A stretch of 64,000 nt of DNA from contig NIVC01002328.1 in assembly GCA_002269645.1 (NCBI GenBank), forward strand, positions 60,923 to 124,922. The letters are read 5' to 3'. The notes beneath the pieces were generated by a model that saw only the letters and a program-made list of their open reading frames with translations, was not told where the DNA came from and did not search any database. How positions within the stretch are numbered: position 1 is the first letter of the stretch; every line of letters begins with the position of its first letter. Shown here in pieces: positions 23,590 through 35,053 of the stretch. The position numbers and the translations under genes were made by a program. Source of the DNA: Macrostomum lignano. Its lineage: Eukaryota.

Positions 23590-26142
23590 AGCGACTTTTT
23601 CACAGGTCTGAATAGTTTATACATGCAATGAAAACCAATGGGAGTTTAAGACACAAAAACAAAACAGTGTCGTGATTTCATATAGTAAGTTTTTTACATT
23701 TTAAGCGCACTAATTCTTGCACAAGACAATAAATAAGATATATAGCTTGCATTGAATTGAAATTAAAGTTTATTGGCTACTTGCTGATAAAATGTATATG
23801 CAAATGACTTATTATAAAATACTAAACATGATTTGGTCATTAAAACGAATTTGTAGGGAAGTTTTTTAACGTTAAATGCTTTTTCATTAGTACACCACTA
23901 CTCCAACAAACAAAATGTAATAAAAATAAGTAGTTAAAATGATAGAATTATCACATAGAATTAGAAAAAAATTGTTCTAGATGAAGTAATGGTAATTATC
24001 TTTTGTTTTGACCATAACTTTATATTTATTCTTAATAGAAGAATAATAAAAATTTTATTTTATTTTAATTATATTGATAGGAAAATCATTGCCTTGACAC
24101 AAAAAATTTACAGTAGTTGCAGTTCTGCTAGTGCTGAGCTCATAAAGCTAGATGTGGTAAGGGTTTAAAAAATTAAAACTCAATATTATATTATTAAACA
24201 TTTTCATCATTTTTATTTTTCTTATCCACAATTCCGACCTTGTCCTATAATTCCATCTCTTACTGGAATACACTTTTGATGCAAGTTAAATGGTTTATTA
24301 AAGTTACCATGTTAATGTATGAATGTGTTGAATGTGTTGATTGTTGGCTTTCATATGAAGAAAGAAAGTTTATTTCTATCATAGACGGTGCAAAATATAT
24401 AGAAAGATCGAAGTCAAAATTGACAAACAACGACGCAATGCCAGATGCATACATACTAAAGCACATTTTTGAGCGTGCTTTTAGAAGTTTATTTTTATTT
24501 TTTATTCTTTAAGAAATATTTGGTGGATAAAATATTACAGCTTTAATTCGAATAAAACGTTTTGTTTAACCGTGTTCTTAAAAGTTTTTAGCGGAACCTA
24601 GAATAAATGAGTGGACTACTGCGTTAAAAATGAATTTATTTCACCTTCAAATTGCACACTAAGGTAAATTCCAGGTAAATTTTTATTATAAGAGGTTGTA
24701 CTGGCACTATTTAGATCATGGCTTCCCTGTTAAAAGGCCATTTCAAATACTTACTTACAATAAAATTTCCCCTGCAGGAGGCCAAAGTAGATTTTAGCTG
24801 TTTTGTACATCAATTACTACTGAAAAAGAAGTTGAAGAAAATGTAGAATTAAAAATGTTAATGGCTAATACTTTGGGTAAGCAATTAAATTAGCAAGGTG
24901 ATTAAAAATTGCAGAGCTGAAGAGATTTGGAAATTTAGAAAACGGAAGCTTCATTACATTTATAGATATTGAACCTACTCTAGTAAACATGTAAACTTAA
25001 TTTATCATACGTGTAGTTTACATGTTGGTATAAATAAGCATTTAGTTTCTTGACCCTGTAAGTAAACATAAAATTCCTATTTATTTAGCTGCACTGTGAC
25101 TTATACAACTACATGTAGGTGAATTACATAAATTTTATGTACATGTACATATATTCATGTTATACCTACTGTACAATATACTGCCTGTGGTCAAAATCTG
25201 CGTAAAACGAATACAATTGCATTTATGTTAAGAAAATCCACTAGAAATGCTTCCAGAATGCGCAATTGAGTTTTAAAAATTGCAATTTGCTGTCAGATAT
25301 ACAGAAAATTTTACATAGTATACTCATCAATTTTCAAGTGCCTGTGAACCTAACGTATCAGAATATGTATAGGAATAGATGTGACTTGAACTAACAATTG
25401 TCCCTGCAGCTGTCCATCAGTTGTAAGATGCACCCAGTCTCTCAAGGACACGGTGCCTTGCTGCAAGTTGCAAGCAATTCAGTGACTGCACCTGTGTGCA
25501 ATAAAGGTCTTATTGCCTTAAGACGCTCCTCCTTTCGCAGGTAAACTTCAGTTTGTTGGGAACTGATATCATGGCAAACAAGCGATAGGGAGACTGCATG
25601 ATTCTCTCTTTCGTTCTCCCGCTTTCACTGGACAAAGAAGTTTGCCTAGCAACACGATATCGGTTTTAAGTTTCAACTGCTACGTTCGAGCTTAACATGA
25701 AAAATCTGTACAAGCATGCCGCTATACATGTACATTTATAGACCCTTTTAGCCTAATAGTCTAATCTCAACGGCTATCAAGAAAATCGGAACCTGGATGG
25801 ATTACTGGACACCTGACAAGTGTCCAAAATTCAGAAAAGTAAAAAATCCCACATCCTTGAAAAGGCAGAACTCGTCGAGCTCATCCTATCGAGCTTGACG
25901 TGACACTTCATGAGACGACACAGTACAACAGATTACCAAATCAAAAAGATCAAATAATGAGAACAGCTTCACAGGGCCTGGGCAGCATCTTCTGCAGATT
26001 ACTCGACTCGGTGAGAATGATGTAGCTGCCGCATTGGTGATTGGTCAGCGTCCAGGACTCGGCGTTGTACAGCCAGTGTTGTTGAATATCTTGTCCACCG
26101 CACTCTGGCCTCGGACTGCAGGACGAAGAGAAGCCTTTAGGC

Positions 26143-26538
26143 CAGGCATCGTTACCTCCAGGGGAAATCCGCAGTGAGGAATGCCCTTTCTGCCTCTCCG
26201 GTGTCGAGAATGCGGAGCACTTCATCTGTGAATGCCCCGCCTTTACTCAGGACAGGCTCACCTACCTCGGCCCAAACCCGGACCTCTCCGACGTTTTCAG
26301 GCCCGAGAATCTCTGCCAGCTCGTCCGCTACCTAAGGGCTACCGGGCGAGCGACAATCCACCTCCTGGATTCTCCGGAGGGGGACCGCGCTGCGGACGCC
26401 GGCGCCACCGGAACTCCCTGCGCGACACCGCAGCACTAGCTGCTCGTGGTCGCCAGGGGTTAGCGAAATGGGCGGCAACGCCTCCTCGCTGTTTCCGGAC
26501 GCACGGAGCCCCCTGCAGCTAAGTCAAGAAGTAAGTCA
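26143..26538 (+). mobile_element. 5'-truncated non-LTR retrotransposon (I/R1/Ingi-like C-terminal CCHC finger)
   Basis: Encodes [22 protein letters not shown]...[10 protein letters not shown]. Tail is (TAAGTCAAG)-type. 14-bp TSD AGAAGCCTTTAGGC at 26129-26142 and 26539-26552. Confidence 0.85.
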
Positions 26539-27124
26539 AGAAGCCTTTAGGCAATCCGTCACCGACGCTTCAGATCGGGAGCCAGACCGCCGAGGTACAT
26601 GTAGACGAATTTCTGGTATCGTCGTTCCGTCGCTTGTCTGTCAGGGCCTCGGCACAAAATTTCGTGTAGCTGCAATGTAGAAAAGTGACAAAAACTGAAA
26701 TAACTGAAACTATGCAGGTTTGACAATTATTTCAACTGCAGGAATCAGTGACGATGGTGTGAAGGTAAATTCCCTGCCCTTGGGGCTTCTGATATCTAAT
26801 TCTATCCCATCGTGAGAACAAGGACCCTTCGAGCAATCGGAAGTTAAATCTTCCCTTCGTCGAAGCCATGCAGATTTAGAGAATACGAGCTACCGCCCGA
26901 CCTGGCTTGAAGTCATAGGCGACAATTGGCTTGAGGCAAGTGAAGAATTCAACTCCATCATTACATCCCTGAACACAGTTAACGCAAATTAACCAGATAA
27001 TTTGAACGAAAATTACTACTCTGGACGTCTAATTCAAAAATTTCTCTTCTGATTGGCTTATTTCGATCTTACTTATGTTTTATTAGATCTTCAACCTGCT
27101 TTATAGCTGGTTACAACAGCGATT

Positions 27125-27403
27125 GCAGCTTAGGGGTTAGAGTGTCGGACTCGCGACTGTAAGGTCGACACACTCGAAAAATATTGCGTCCTTGAGCAAG
27201 GCACCTACATGTACCTAACTCTGCATTGCTTCAGTTCACTCATGCAGATGGGGTAACTTTTTGGGTGTGTGTGGCGACCCCCCCCCCCCAGTCCTTGGAC
27301 TGAACAGCCTTACGCAGCCTTCAGATGCGCCGCATAATAGCTGCGGCTGAGCTGTCGGTTGCACATCTGCTCATTAGGGCAGGTGTAATCAATCATTATT
27401 ATT
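27125..27403 (+). mobile_element. tRNA-derived SINE with CORE-like central domain
   Basis: tRNA-like head, central CCTTGAGCAAG...TGCATTGC...CAGTTCAC, (ATT)n tail. Near-identical 3' half to the inverted copy at 63147-63440. Confidence 0.75.
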
Positions 27404-27484
27404 TGTTAGGCCCCTTCAACCTGCTTAGTTAGGACTTAATTAGGACCTCTACCCTTTTCCAGAATGAATAGCGCTTCCAGCAGC

Positions 27485-28250
27485 CTTGACTTACTTGACT
27501 TAGCTGCAGAGTGGTCCGAAGACACAGCGGGGAGGCAAGGGTCACCCATTCCGCTAACCCCTGAAGGCCCGCAAACAAGCAGAGGCGTGGGTGCCGGTCA
27601 GGGCCGGTGGTCCACACAGTCCGTCCTGCAGCGTGATCTTCCTGCAGTGTTTCTGACGTTCCGTCTCCACGCGATGCGATTCGCGATGCGCACGGCCATC
27701 AACTTGAAGGAGATGAACTTGTGATCGGAGAGGGGGACACTGCGAGACACTGTCGAGTTGTCGAGGTCCTGCTCCTCCCCGAAAACAATGCCCGCCGGTT
27801 GGAGCCTGACCTTTGTGGCGTAGTTGGTGGTGGTGGCTCCCGGAGGACCGGCCGCACTGATGGCGGGTTTGCTGGGTGGCATACCAAGCGGGGATTTTTT
27901 ACTGGGGCAGGGGTCACTGTGGTTCCTTTCGGCCCGACAGCAGCATGCATCGCCTTCCCAAGGTTCCCCTCCACAAGTGGCCGGCCCGCTACCTACCTTT
28001 CGCGTTGTCGCGGCGTTGATTGCGAGCACGTCGGGCCTCCGCGGAGGGCCCGGGTGCTCATGTGTGTTTGTCACCAGATGAGCTGGCGTCGAGCCCAACT
28101 GCTCTCGGCAGGGCGGCGCTGGCATCAGAATCACGGAGTTGCTGGGGTCCCGGCTTCAGCAGGAGTTTTTGCGGCGGTAGAAGCCATGGCTGAAAGCGGG
28201 AAAGAATGAGCAGAGTCACGGAAGAACGAAGAAGAAAAAAAAGGAAACCG
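27485..28250 (-). mobile_element. Internally deleted non-LTR element, same family as 26143-26538
   Basis: Shares the 3' UTR and tail (CAGGGGTTAGCG.AATGGG...CTGCAGCTAAGTCAAG). Encodes an APE-endonuclease C-terminal motif (VSRSVPLSDHKFISFKL...RNVRNT) directly before the tail, with no RT domain. 5' boundary uncertain. Confidence 0.65.
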
Positions 28251-28552
28251 CTAGCGGGTTTAGCTCCACGACCTTCCAGCCCCTCGGCGCGGTCAACACC
28301 TTAGGCATTAGAGGGCAGCAATTAGCAGTGCCAGGTCCTGCAGTCTGGCTGCATACCCTGTTACGATCAAAGGGTATCACCTCTATCTCAGAGCCGTAGC
28401 CAGAGGCACCTGATCACGCACAAGTAGGGTAAGTGCACCGGAATAAGTGGACAAAAGGCGTCCAACCGTCCGTCGCAATTTTGTAATTTTCCAGTGTCGC
28501 GTCGCGGCTGCAGTCAAGGCAGGTGATGTCGCGGCGCGTTGCAGTTTTTGAA

Positions 28553-28612
28553 TAAACCGTAAGAGTAACTTAACAGTCTTATTGAGGCTACATGCCTCGT
28601 CATCTAATTAGT
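28553..28612 (+). other. Diverged fragment of 28S rRNA (region of the R2 target site); not an rRNA gene
   Basis: 21-nt match ATGCCTCGTCATCTAATTAGT (28592-28612) to the conserved eukaryotic LSU sequence as recalled, with collinear upstream matches TAAAC, GAGTAACT and TCTTA. Confidence 0.55.
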
Positions 28613-29859
28613 ACTACGCCTGTATTCGGTGCGAAAGTTAATATGTTCTGTGTCGCGTCGCGTTTTTGAGCTACAATTTTAGACCCCGTGTCGCGTGTCC
28701 GCAGGTTTTTTACACTTATTCCAATAGGGCGGATAGCCCGTACCTTTTGCAGCATATTGCCAAAGGCCGAAAACTTCGGAAGGGTGACCAGCGCTGAGCG
28801 TGGAGATTAAATCTCCAGCCACGCCTGCTCTAAAAAAGAGGTTGAGCAGGTGTAAAACATCCCAGACTGCAGCTCGAGGGCCTGTCTCATTTCATAGGCA
28901 TCCTGTACCTACCGCTGTTAGCTCCAACTCAGCCTGATTCGGCGTGCAATCTGTCTAATTCAGCCTAAAAGCAGCCAGTTCGGCTTATATTCAGCTAATT
29001 TATTTCTCCCGATCTGTCTAATTCGGAGTTCTCTCTGTTTCCGTTTCCTGTCTTAGGACATTGTGCCGTGTGGGGGGGGGCAACATAAGCTAGGCAAAAT
29101 AGACAATTATAGTCCACTAAGTTCGTGTGATGGCGTCACAGCCAAGTATATTTTTCGATAGGCCAACAAAGACGTCGCGAAAAAACAGACAAGATCTGGC
29201 AAGGTTTCTACCTCGCGTGTCGGATCCGAGATCCTCACTAATACGAAATGCTTCTTTTGCCGACTTTAGCTTTGATCAGTATCAATCTGTCCAGTTTGCT
29301 TAGTCTTTCATAATAATGTTGCATGCCGAGTAACTTGAGTCCGGCTTGTGTAGCTGTGCACACTTTCTAAACTTGCTACACTGGCGGCTTTATCAGACGA
29401 TGCTTGATCGATTGCTTTTTTCGAAAATTTGAATTGGGGTGCGTTGAGAACGGTCCTTTGGCCATAGACATTCTCAGCGAGCGGTCTGCCGTGAGTTCCA
29501 ATAAAATTTTACGAATTCGATGGAGAGATCCATGCCTGTGGCTTGCGAAGGGAGGTAGGGAGCTTTCGAACTACAGTAGGACGTCTCGAACACGTCTAAA
29601 TTGTAGTATTCACTAATCAGCAACTAACGAACGAGCGCAAATAACTGCAAATCAAATGCGAGTATTTTTAGCCATTTTGGCTGTGACCGTCCATCTGTTT
29701 ATAGGAAAAAAGCTGTCCTTTATGCTTCTGTCTATTTATTTAAAGCCAAATTGCGTCAAGTGAACCAACAACATAGTAGGCCAGTCAATAACTTTGCTGT
29801 AAATTGCTTTTGCCATGCAGTCATGTCTCATTCTGGGTGGTTATCACTGCGACTTTTTT

Positions 29860-30393
29860 CTAGAACGGAGTGCGCTTCTTCCAGAAAGGATCCCGCTTCC
29901 AGAATGGAGCACGCTTCCAGAATGGAGCCCGCTTCCAGAATGGAGCACGCTTCCAGAATGGAGCCCGCTTCCAGAATGGAGCACGCTTCCAGAATGGAGC
30001 ACGCTTCCAGAATGGAGCACGCTTCCAGAATGGAGCCCGCTTCCAGAATGGAGCCCGCTTCCAGAAAGGAGCACGCTTCCAGAATGGAGCCCGCTTCCAG
30101 AATGGATCCCGCTTCCAGAATGGAGCCCGCTTCCAGAATGGAGCACGCTTGTCCTCTTTCAAAGCGTCGTGATCCGGCATCTCCATCTCAGCAGCGTCGC
30201 TCTCCTCGCCAAGCATTCGTTCGTCATCAGACGCTGCTACAGTCGCCGCTTCAACAGCCGCCTCGTGCCGTTGCAGGCCGCCATGGTCAGCGTGTCTGGC
30301 CGAAGTGGCTTCGGCTGCTTCAGCTGACGCGGTGACCAACGCAGCAGAGAGTATCAGGCAGAGGCCAGCTCGAAGGATGGCAGAACCCCGCAT
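29860..30393 (-). CDS. Neuropeptide precursor (xPFW peptides: 13 APFW, 2 DPFW, terminal TPF), 177 aa
   Basis: ATG at 30393. Signal peptide, acidic pro-region, then 15 tandem 18-bp units each encoding KR-xPFW. Unit variation is mostly synonymous (CGT/CGG, CCA/CCT). Confidence 0.9.
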   Translation of the reverse strand: MRGSAILRAGLCLILSAALVTASAEAAEATSARHADHGGLQRHEAAVEAATVAASDDERMLGEESDAAEMEMPDHDALKEDKRAPFWKRAPFWKRDPFWKRAPFWKRAPFWKRAPFWKRAPFWKRAPFWKRAPFWKRAPFWKRAPFWKRAPFWKRAPFWKRAPFWKRDPFWKKRTPF

Positions 30394-33171
30394 CACTGTT
30401 GTTGTGCTTGGCTTTGGTTTGAATCAACCTACGGATTACAAAATAGGGCGATGCGAGCTCTGTAAGTTGAGATTACAGCTTTTAAGAAGCAAAATCAGTT
30501 GTGAACAGGTGCAGAACACAGGAGCCAACACTCACGTCGCGTGGCGATGTCCCAGTCTCGAGCTGAAAACAATGGATGATTGGGGGAGTAATGCAAAGGT
30601 ATTTGCCGCTGCTCACTGTTGCAAATTTTAGACACTGAGCTGCCTCGGCCAAAGCAGAAGAGAATGCGAGCAGTTTGAAATACTGTCAAATTCAGACTCT
30701 TTATGAAAGTCGGGACGAAGGCCGCTCAGCAATGACTCTCAACTCTTATTGGCTTTCACCTGTCCTGTCTGGCCAAGGCTCCTAGCATTAAGCGAGAGGA
30801 GACATATTGTCTCCACTTACCGGGGATCGTCACTTGCCGCCTCCGTTTCTGTGCGACTCCTCAGAGTTGGGAAATTTCTCCGCTAGCGAAGTCAACGGAG
30901 CTGCTGCTGGTCTCCTTTTATCCCCGAGGCCCAAGCCAGCGACGCTAATCCGATCGTCTAATTGTCCCAGCAACGAGTCCCGCTCTGGTTATTTAATTAT
31001 GGCCTCAGCCAGACAAACTGTCTGCCTGACTGTCAAGCATTAGATTTTATTCCTCATCTAAGCCGGGCGACGCTGCAAACTGACAACATCTGCGTCGAAA
31101 ATGAATTCCCAAATTGTCCCTGTCCGGTTACTGGGAGCCTCACACTCGCAACCGGTACAAGCCAGCATGCAGCTGCAGCTGGATTGTGTGCTCATACGCG
31201 ATCGCAGAAATTCAACTAGATTAATAAAATTAGTTGCCATGGAAATGTCAAACTGGATTGAAGAAATGTTGCAGTTGCGCATAGCGCCACAATATCAGCA
31301 GCATTTTCCCGTACAACTCAGTGCATTGTGCTCCGTTTTAATTGGGACTTTAGGCAGCATCAAAGTTGCAAATGTAGCAGGTCGTGCCGCCAAATGAGAT
31401 TGTTGACTGTACGTACGTACTTTTATCCGAAAGATGACTTAGCACTGGATCGCAGCCGAGTTTCTCAATGCAAAACTGCAGAACAGAAGCATGACCTGAC
31501 CACACTGTGTGCATGTGCTTCTGGTTGGGTCAAGCGAGGGGCGGATGTCATGCTGCTAAGAGGCAGCCCATCTGCAGCCAGGTCTATGCAGACATTCTCT
31601 AGTCAGTGTTGCATTCATTATGGATGGTAACTTAGCACACAGCGTCCCAAACTGGTGACAAGAACATGCATGGACGTGGTCTGATTCAAGGACGTCTGGC
31701 TATCATCATCGTCAGACTCTGTGACTAAGCTGGACTATCTTGCTGGGGCAGCATTGCCAGTCTAACTGCGCACTGCTATTATTGATTTCTAGAGGAAAAG
31801 CTTTACAAGAATATCTACATACAATTAACGTATATGTTGTCTGAAACATAATACGAAAAAGGACAAAGCAAAATTCTTCTTTTGTTTTGGATCTTTGGAA
31901 CCTTCCAGGGTACCTTAAATTACATGCTTAAAATGCATCGCATGAGGATGTACGCGTCGCCTGCAGCTTTTACTTGCTGCCTTACCAAACTGCAGACAAC
32001 AAAATGGAACGGAAAATAATTAAAAGTGGCGATGGAGAGCCCCGTGTTTTGCTGCTTCTAAAAGATAAAACATTTTTGTTAAAAAATGATATATCTGCAC
32101 GGATTTGTTGACTCGAGATATTTGCTCTCCCGGCCTGCTTGGATGAAAATCACTTTCGAGTATTTCCTTTAGATGAATTCCAATACTTGTGACTGTCCCT
32201 ACGAGAGAGTATTTACCTGAAATTACTCTTGGTGGGTCTTGCTCGTTTTTCATGTACAGTACGACAGTTATTCAATACATAAATGGACTTTTTGATTGGC
32301 AATGCTTTAAAAAACTTCATTTGTGAGCATCTTTTGTATCACGAAAGCCCTTTCATGGCGCGGCTTCTATACACCCGTTCTATCTGGACAGTTGAAGTTG
32401 AAAGGACCGTTTCACTTGATTTTCGTAGAAATGAGTTGCATGCAGGTTGCCTGGGTTTTCTTATTTGTCTAATGGTAAAGCCTAAATGCACACTACCGGT
32501 ACGACAATATCAAATATGCGTTCTTTATCTGGCCTCCAGTTGATTTCTAAGAAAATCGAGTATGTGTGTACTCATAGCGTCCTTTAATTGTACACTTCAG
32601 TTGCTCGATATGTATGTACATTACATGCATGTACATCCATGCTGCAAGAGGTCCTCCACTTGGAATTCCAAATTTATGGGTACAAACAGTACCCATACCC
32701 ATGCTACGCGCAGCTGATCTTTGTGCCAATTGATTCGATTCCAAATTAACATACAGCTGTAACTGCATGGTTATAGCGCGCTGATGCTACACACATCAAA
32801 TTTTTTATTCTTCGTTTGGGTATTTTGTAGCTACAAAAACTGGCTAAAATATGGAAAAGTTACATGTAATAAGAATGGAATCTATTTAATCTCTGTTCGT
32901 CTACATTTACATTTACGTCTACATTTATAGTAGCAATAAAAAACTAACATGTATTAATGTACATACATATTGGCCGAGAGGTTATTGTTTGTTTTTGACT
33001 TGTTGATTACGAAAATCCACGCTTACATCTTGATAACGACAGATTTTGTGATCTAAATTCACATGAGGATGTTAATTTCCAACTTTTCAACACAAATTTG
33101 CTCATGTATAAACACATGCATTAACATGTATAACACAATTGTCACATGTCACACATACATGAATGCTTTAC

Positions 33172-33549
33172 CAGGGGCGTCGCCTGCAGCACGGTGGGGG
33201 GGACACAGGGGGACATGTACCCCCCCACCCCCCCGTAAAAGATAGCTGTTTTGTCCCCCTACCCCACCCTGTGACCCGTTATGGAAATCAACAATTTTGC
33301 TGCAGGGCGACAAAACATAGTGCTGCGGCGGCACCAAAAATGAGTGGCTGCGGCGCCAAAATGAGTGCCTGCGGCGCTAAAATGAGAGCGCCTGCGGCGC
33401 CAAAAAAAGTGCTTGCGGCGCTAAAATGAGTGCTCACAACACCGATTCTGAAAAATTTACATGTAAGAATTCATGTACAGTCATGACATGTACATGTATA
33501 TTACTGGCTTTTTGTTCCTCTCACAATAAAATCCATGGCGACGCCCCCG
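33172..33549. mobile_element. hAT-like MITE
   Basis: 13-bp TIRs CAGGGGCGTCGCC / GGCGACGCCCCCG (1 mismatch). Imperfect flanking duplication ATGCTTTAC / ATGCTTAC. Internal repeats of about 21 bp (AAAATGAGTGCCTGCGGCGC). Confidence 0.75.
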
Positions 33550-35053
33550 ATGCTTACTGGTAAGTGATTCTCAATCTTTCTTCGTTAATGATTCGTATTA
33601 GCATTTATAATTTTGACAAGGAGTCAAGGACCACGAATGTTGATAGCTTGCTAGCAATTTTTTTACAGTCGAAGCATTAACTTCCGATAATGTAAACTAC
33701 ACACCACCGGCATGAATGAAATTCTACTATAACTTTTTTAACAAATCTTTTGAGGATAAAAGACTTTATTTGGTTAGGTAGGATAAAAGAAGAAAGTGTA
33801 TCTTTTTTCTTTGTTGATAAGGTTAAGAATTTAATCTCATATCAAAATACACTGTTTTTGTCTGTTTTACCCGGATACCGCATTGTTTAAAGAATGAATT
33901 CACTATTCGATTCGACTACAATTAGCTTTGACGTTGTACATACGTTGGTAAAAATGTACGTTGTAGATAAAATTTGGATAAATTTAATGTAATCGACGTC
34001 CGCAAGAGTAAAATTCTGTATTTAATTCAATTAGAGTATCACAAAGCTTAGCTAGATATAATCCAATATACTAATTCCGTAATCTGCTTAAGAGACCTAG
34101 AAATAACTAGATATAACTATATTAGTTATTTCTAGTAATCAGTATTTCTAGTTTTGCTTTTTGCTAAAATTTTCTGAAAGTTATTCCATTACTTTTTATA
34201 TGGTTTGATTTATTAGTATTTGAAGAAGAATACCTATTTCTATTAATTTTAGGTTTCTAGACGTTGTTTTTATACAAAGTTTATAGGAATTGGAAGAAAT
34301 ATGTATTAACAAATGCAAGTTTTAATCTACAACTTGCAAATAAAGTCAATATTATTTTTGACTTTTAAAGAAGAATTATAAACTATCTGACCTTTTTAAA
34401 TGCAGCTCTGAATTAAAATGTCCAAATTATAAGAAAAACAAGAATCAATGATGAGTTGACGCCTTGTAGTTGTAGTATAAGGTTAGATTGTGCTCCTCAA
34501 CCTTTAAAGTACAGTAATGCTTTAGCTAAAATAGCAAAAAGCAAAAACATTTTTTAAATTGTAAGTTGTGAATATTAATGACAATTAGCATTTTAAAGGC
34601 ATTATGTCAATTTATATGGTCCTGTATCAGCAGTCATAAATAATAAAGGTGGAATTCCTGGAGTTACTTGAATTATATTAACACTATTTTCTTGTGTATT
34701 TTATACATGTCATGCTAAAATTCAATTGAAATAAAATTTTAGGAAATACGCACTTATTGTCTACTTTAAAAACACAGATTAAATTTGAATTAATAGCTCT
34801 AAATATTTCTTCTAATGAAATTCTATCTCTCAAATAATTTAAACAAATTCATTTTGACCATTTAAATAAGAATAATGAACTATATGACCTCTGGAAATAG
34901 AATTTTTTAACAAAATTAAAAATAAGAAAGTTATAAAAAACAAAAATTTACAATGGATCGAAAACTTGATAAACTTGCATCTTCATGCCAGCGAAATTGG
35001 CGTCCCAGCTGAAACTGCCCAGCCCATAAGCCAGCCGCTGTCCACCGTGTCCA

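Noticed and set aside
23700-25300. AT-rich block with short ORFs (also 33600-34950 and 31800-33100)
   Set aside because: No recognisable domain, TIR or consistent exon structure could be supported.
26478-26492. GCCTCCTCGCT matching the HDV ribozyme P3/L3 loop
   Set aside because: The closing P3 strand (GTT) does not pair, P1' does not follow, and the site is at a LINE 3' end.
28592-28612. Box C/D snoRNA guide antisense to 28S
   Set aside because: No CTGA D-box follows the antisense element on the minus strand, and similarity extends collinearly like an rDNA copy.
28764-28800. Hammerhead ribozyme (CGAAA ... CTGAGCG)
   Set aside because: The core is not CUGANGA, stem III is poor and there is no valid UH cleavage site.
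29751-30335. Plus-strand and alternative-frame ORFs over the 18-bp repeat (RMEHAS, PEWSTL, FQNGAR, LHSGSG)
   Set aside because: Shadows of the neuropeptide ORF. Only that frame has a signal peptide, dibasic sites and synonymous-biased variation.
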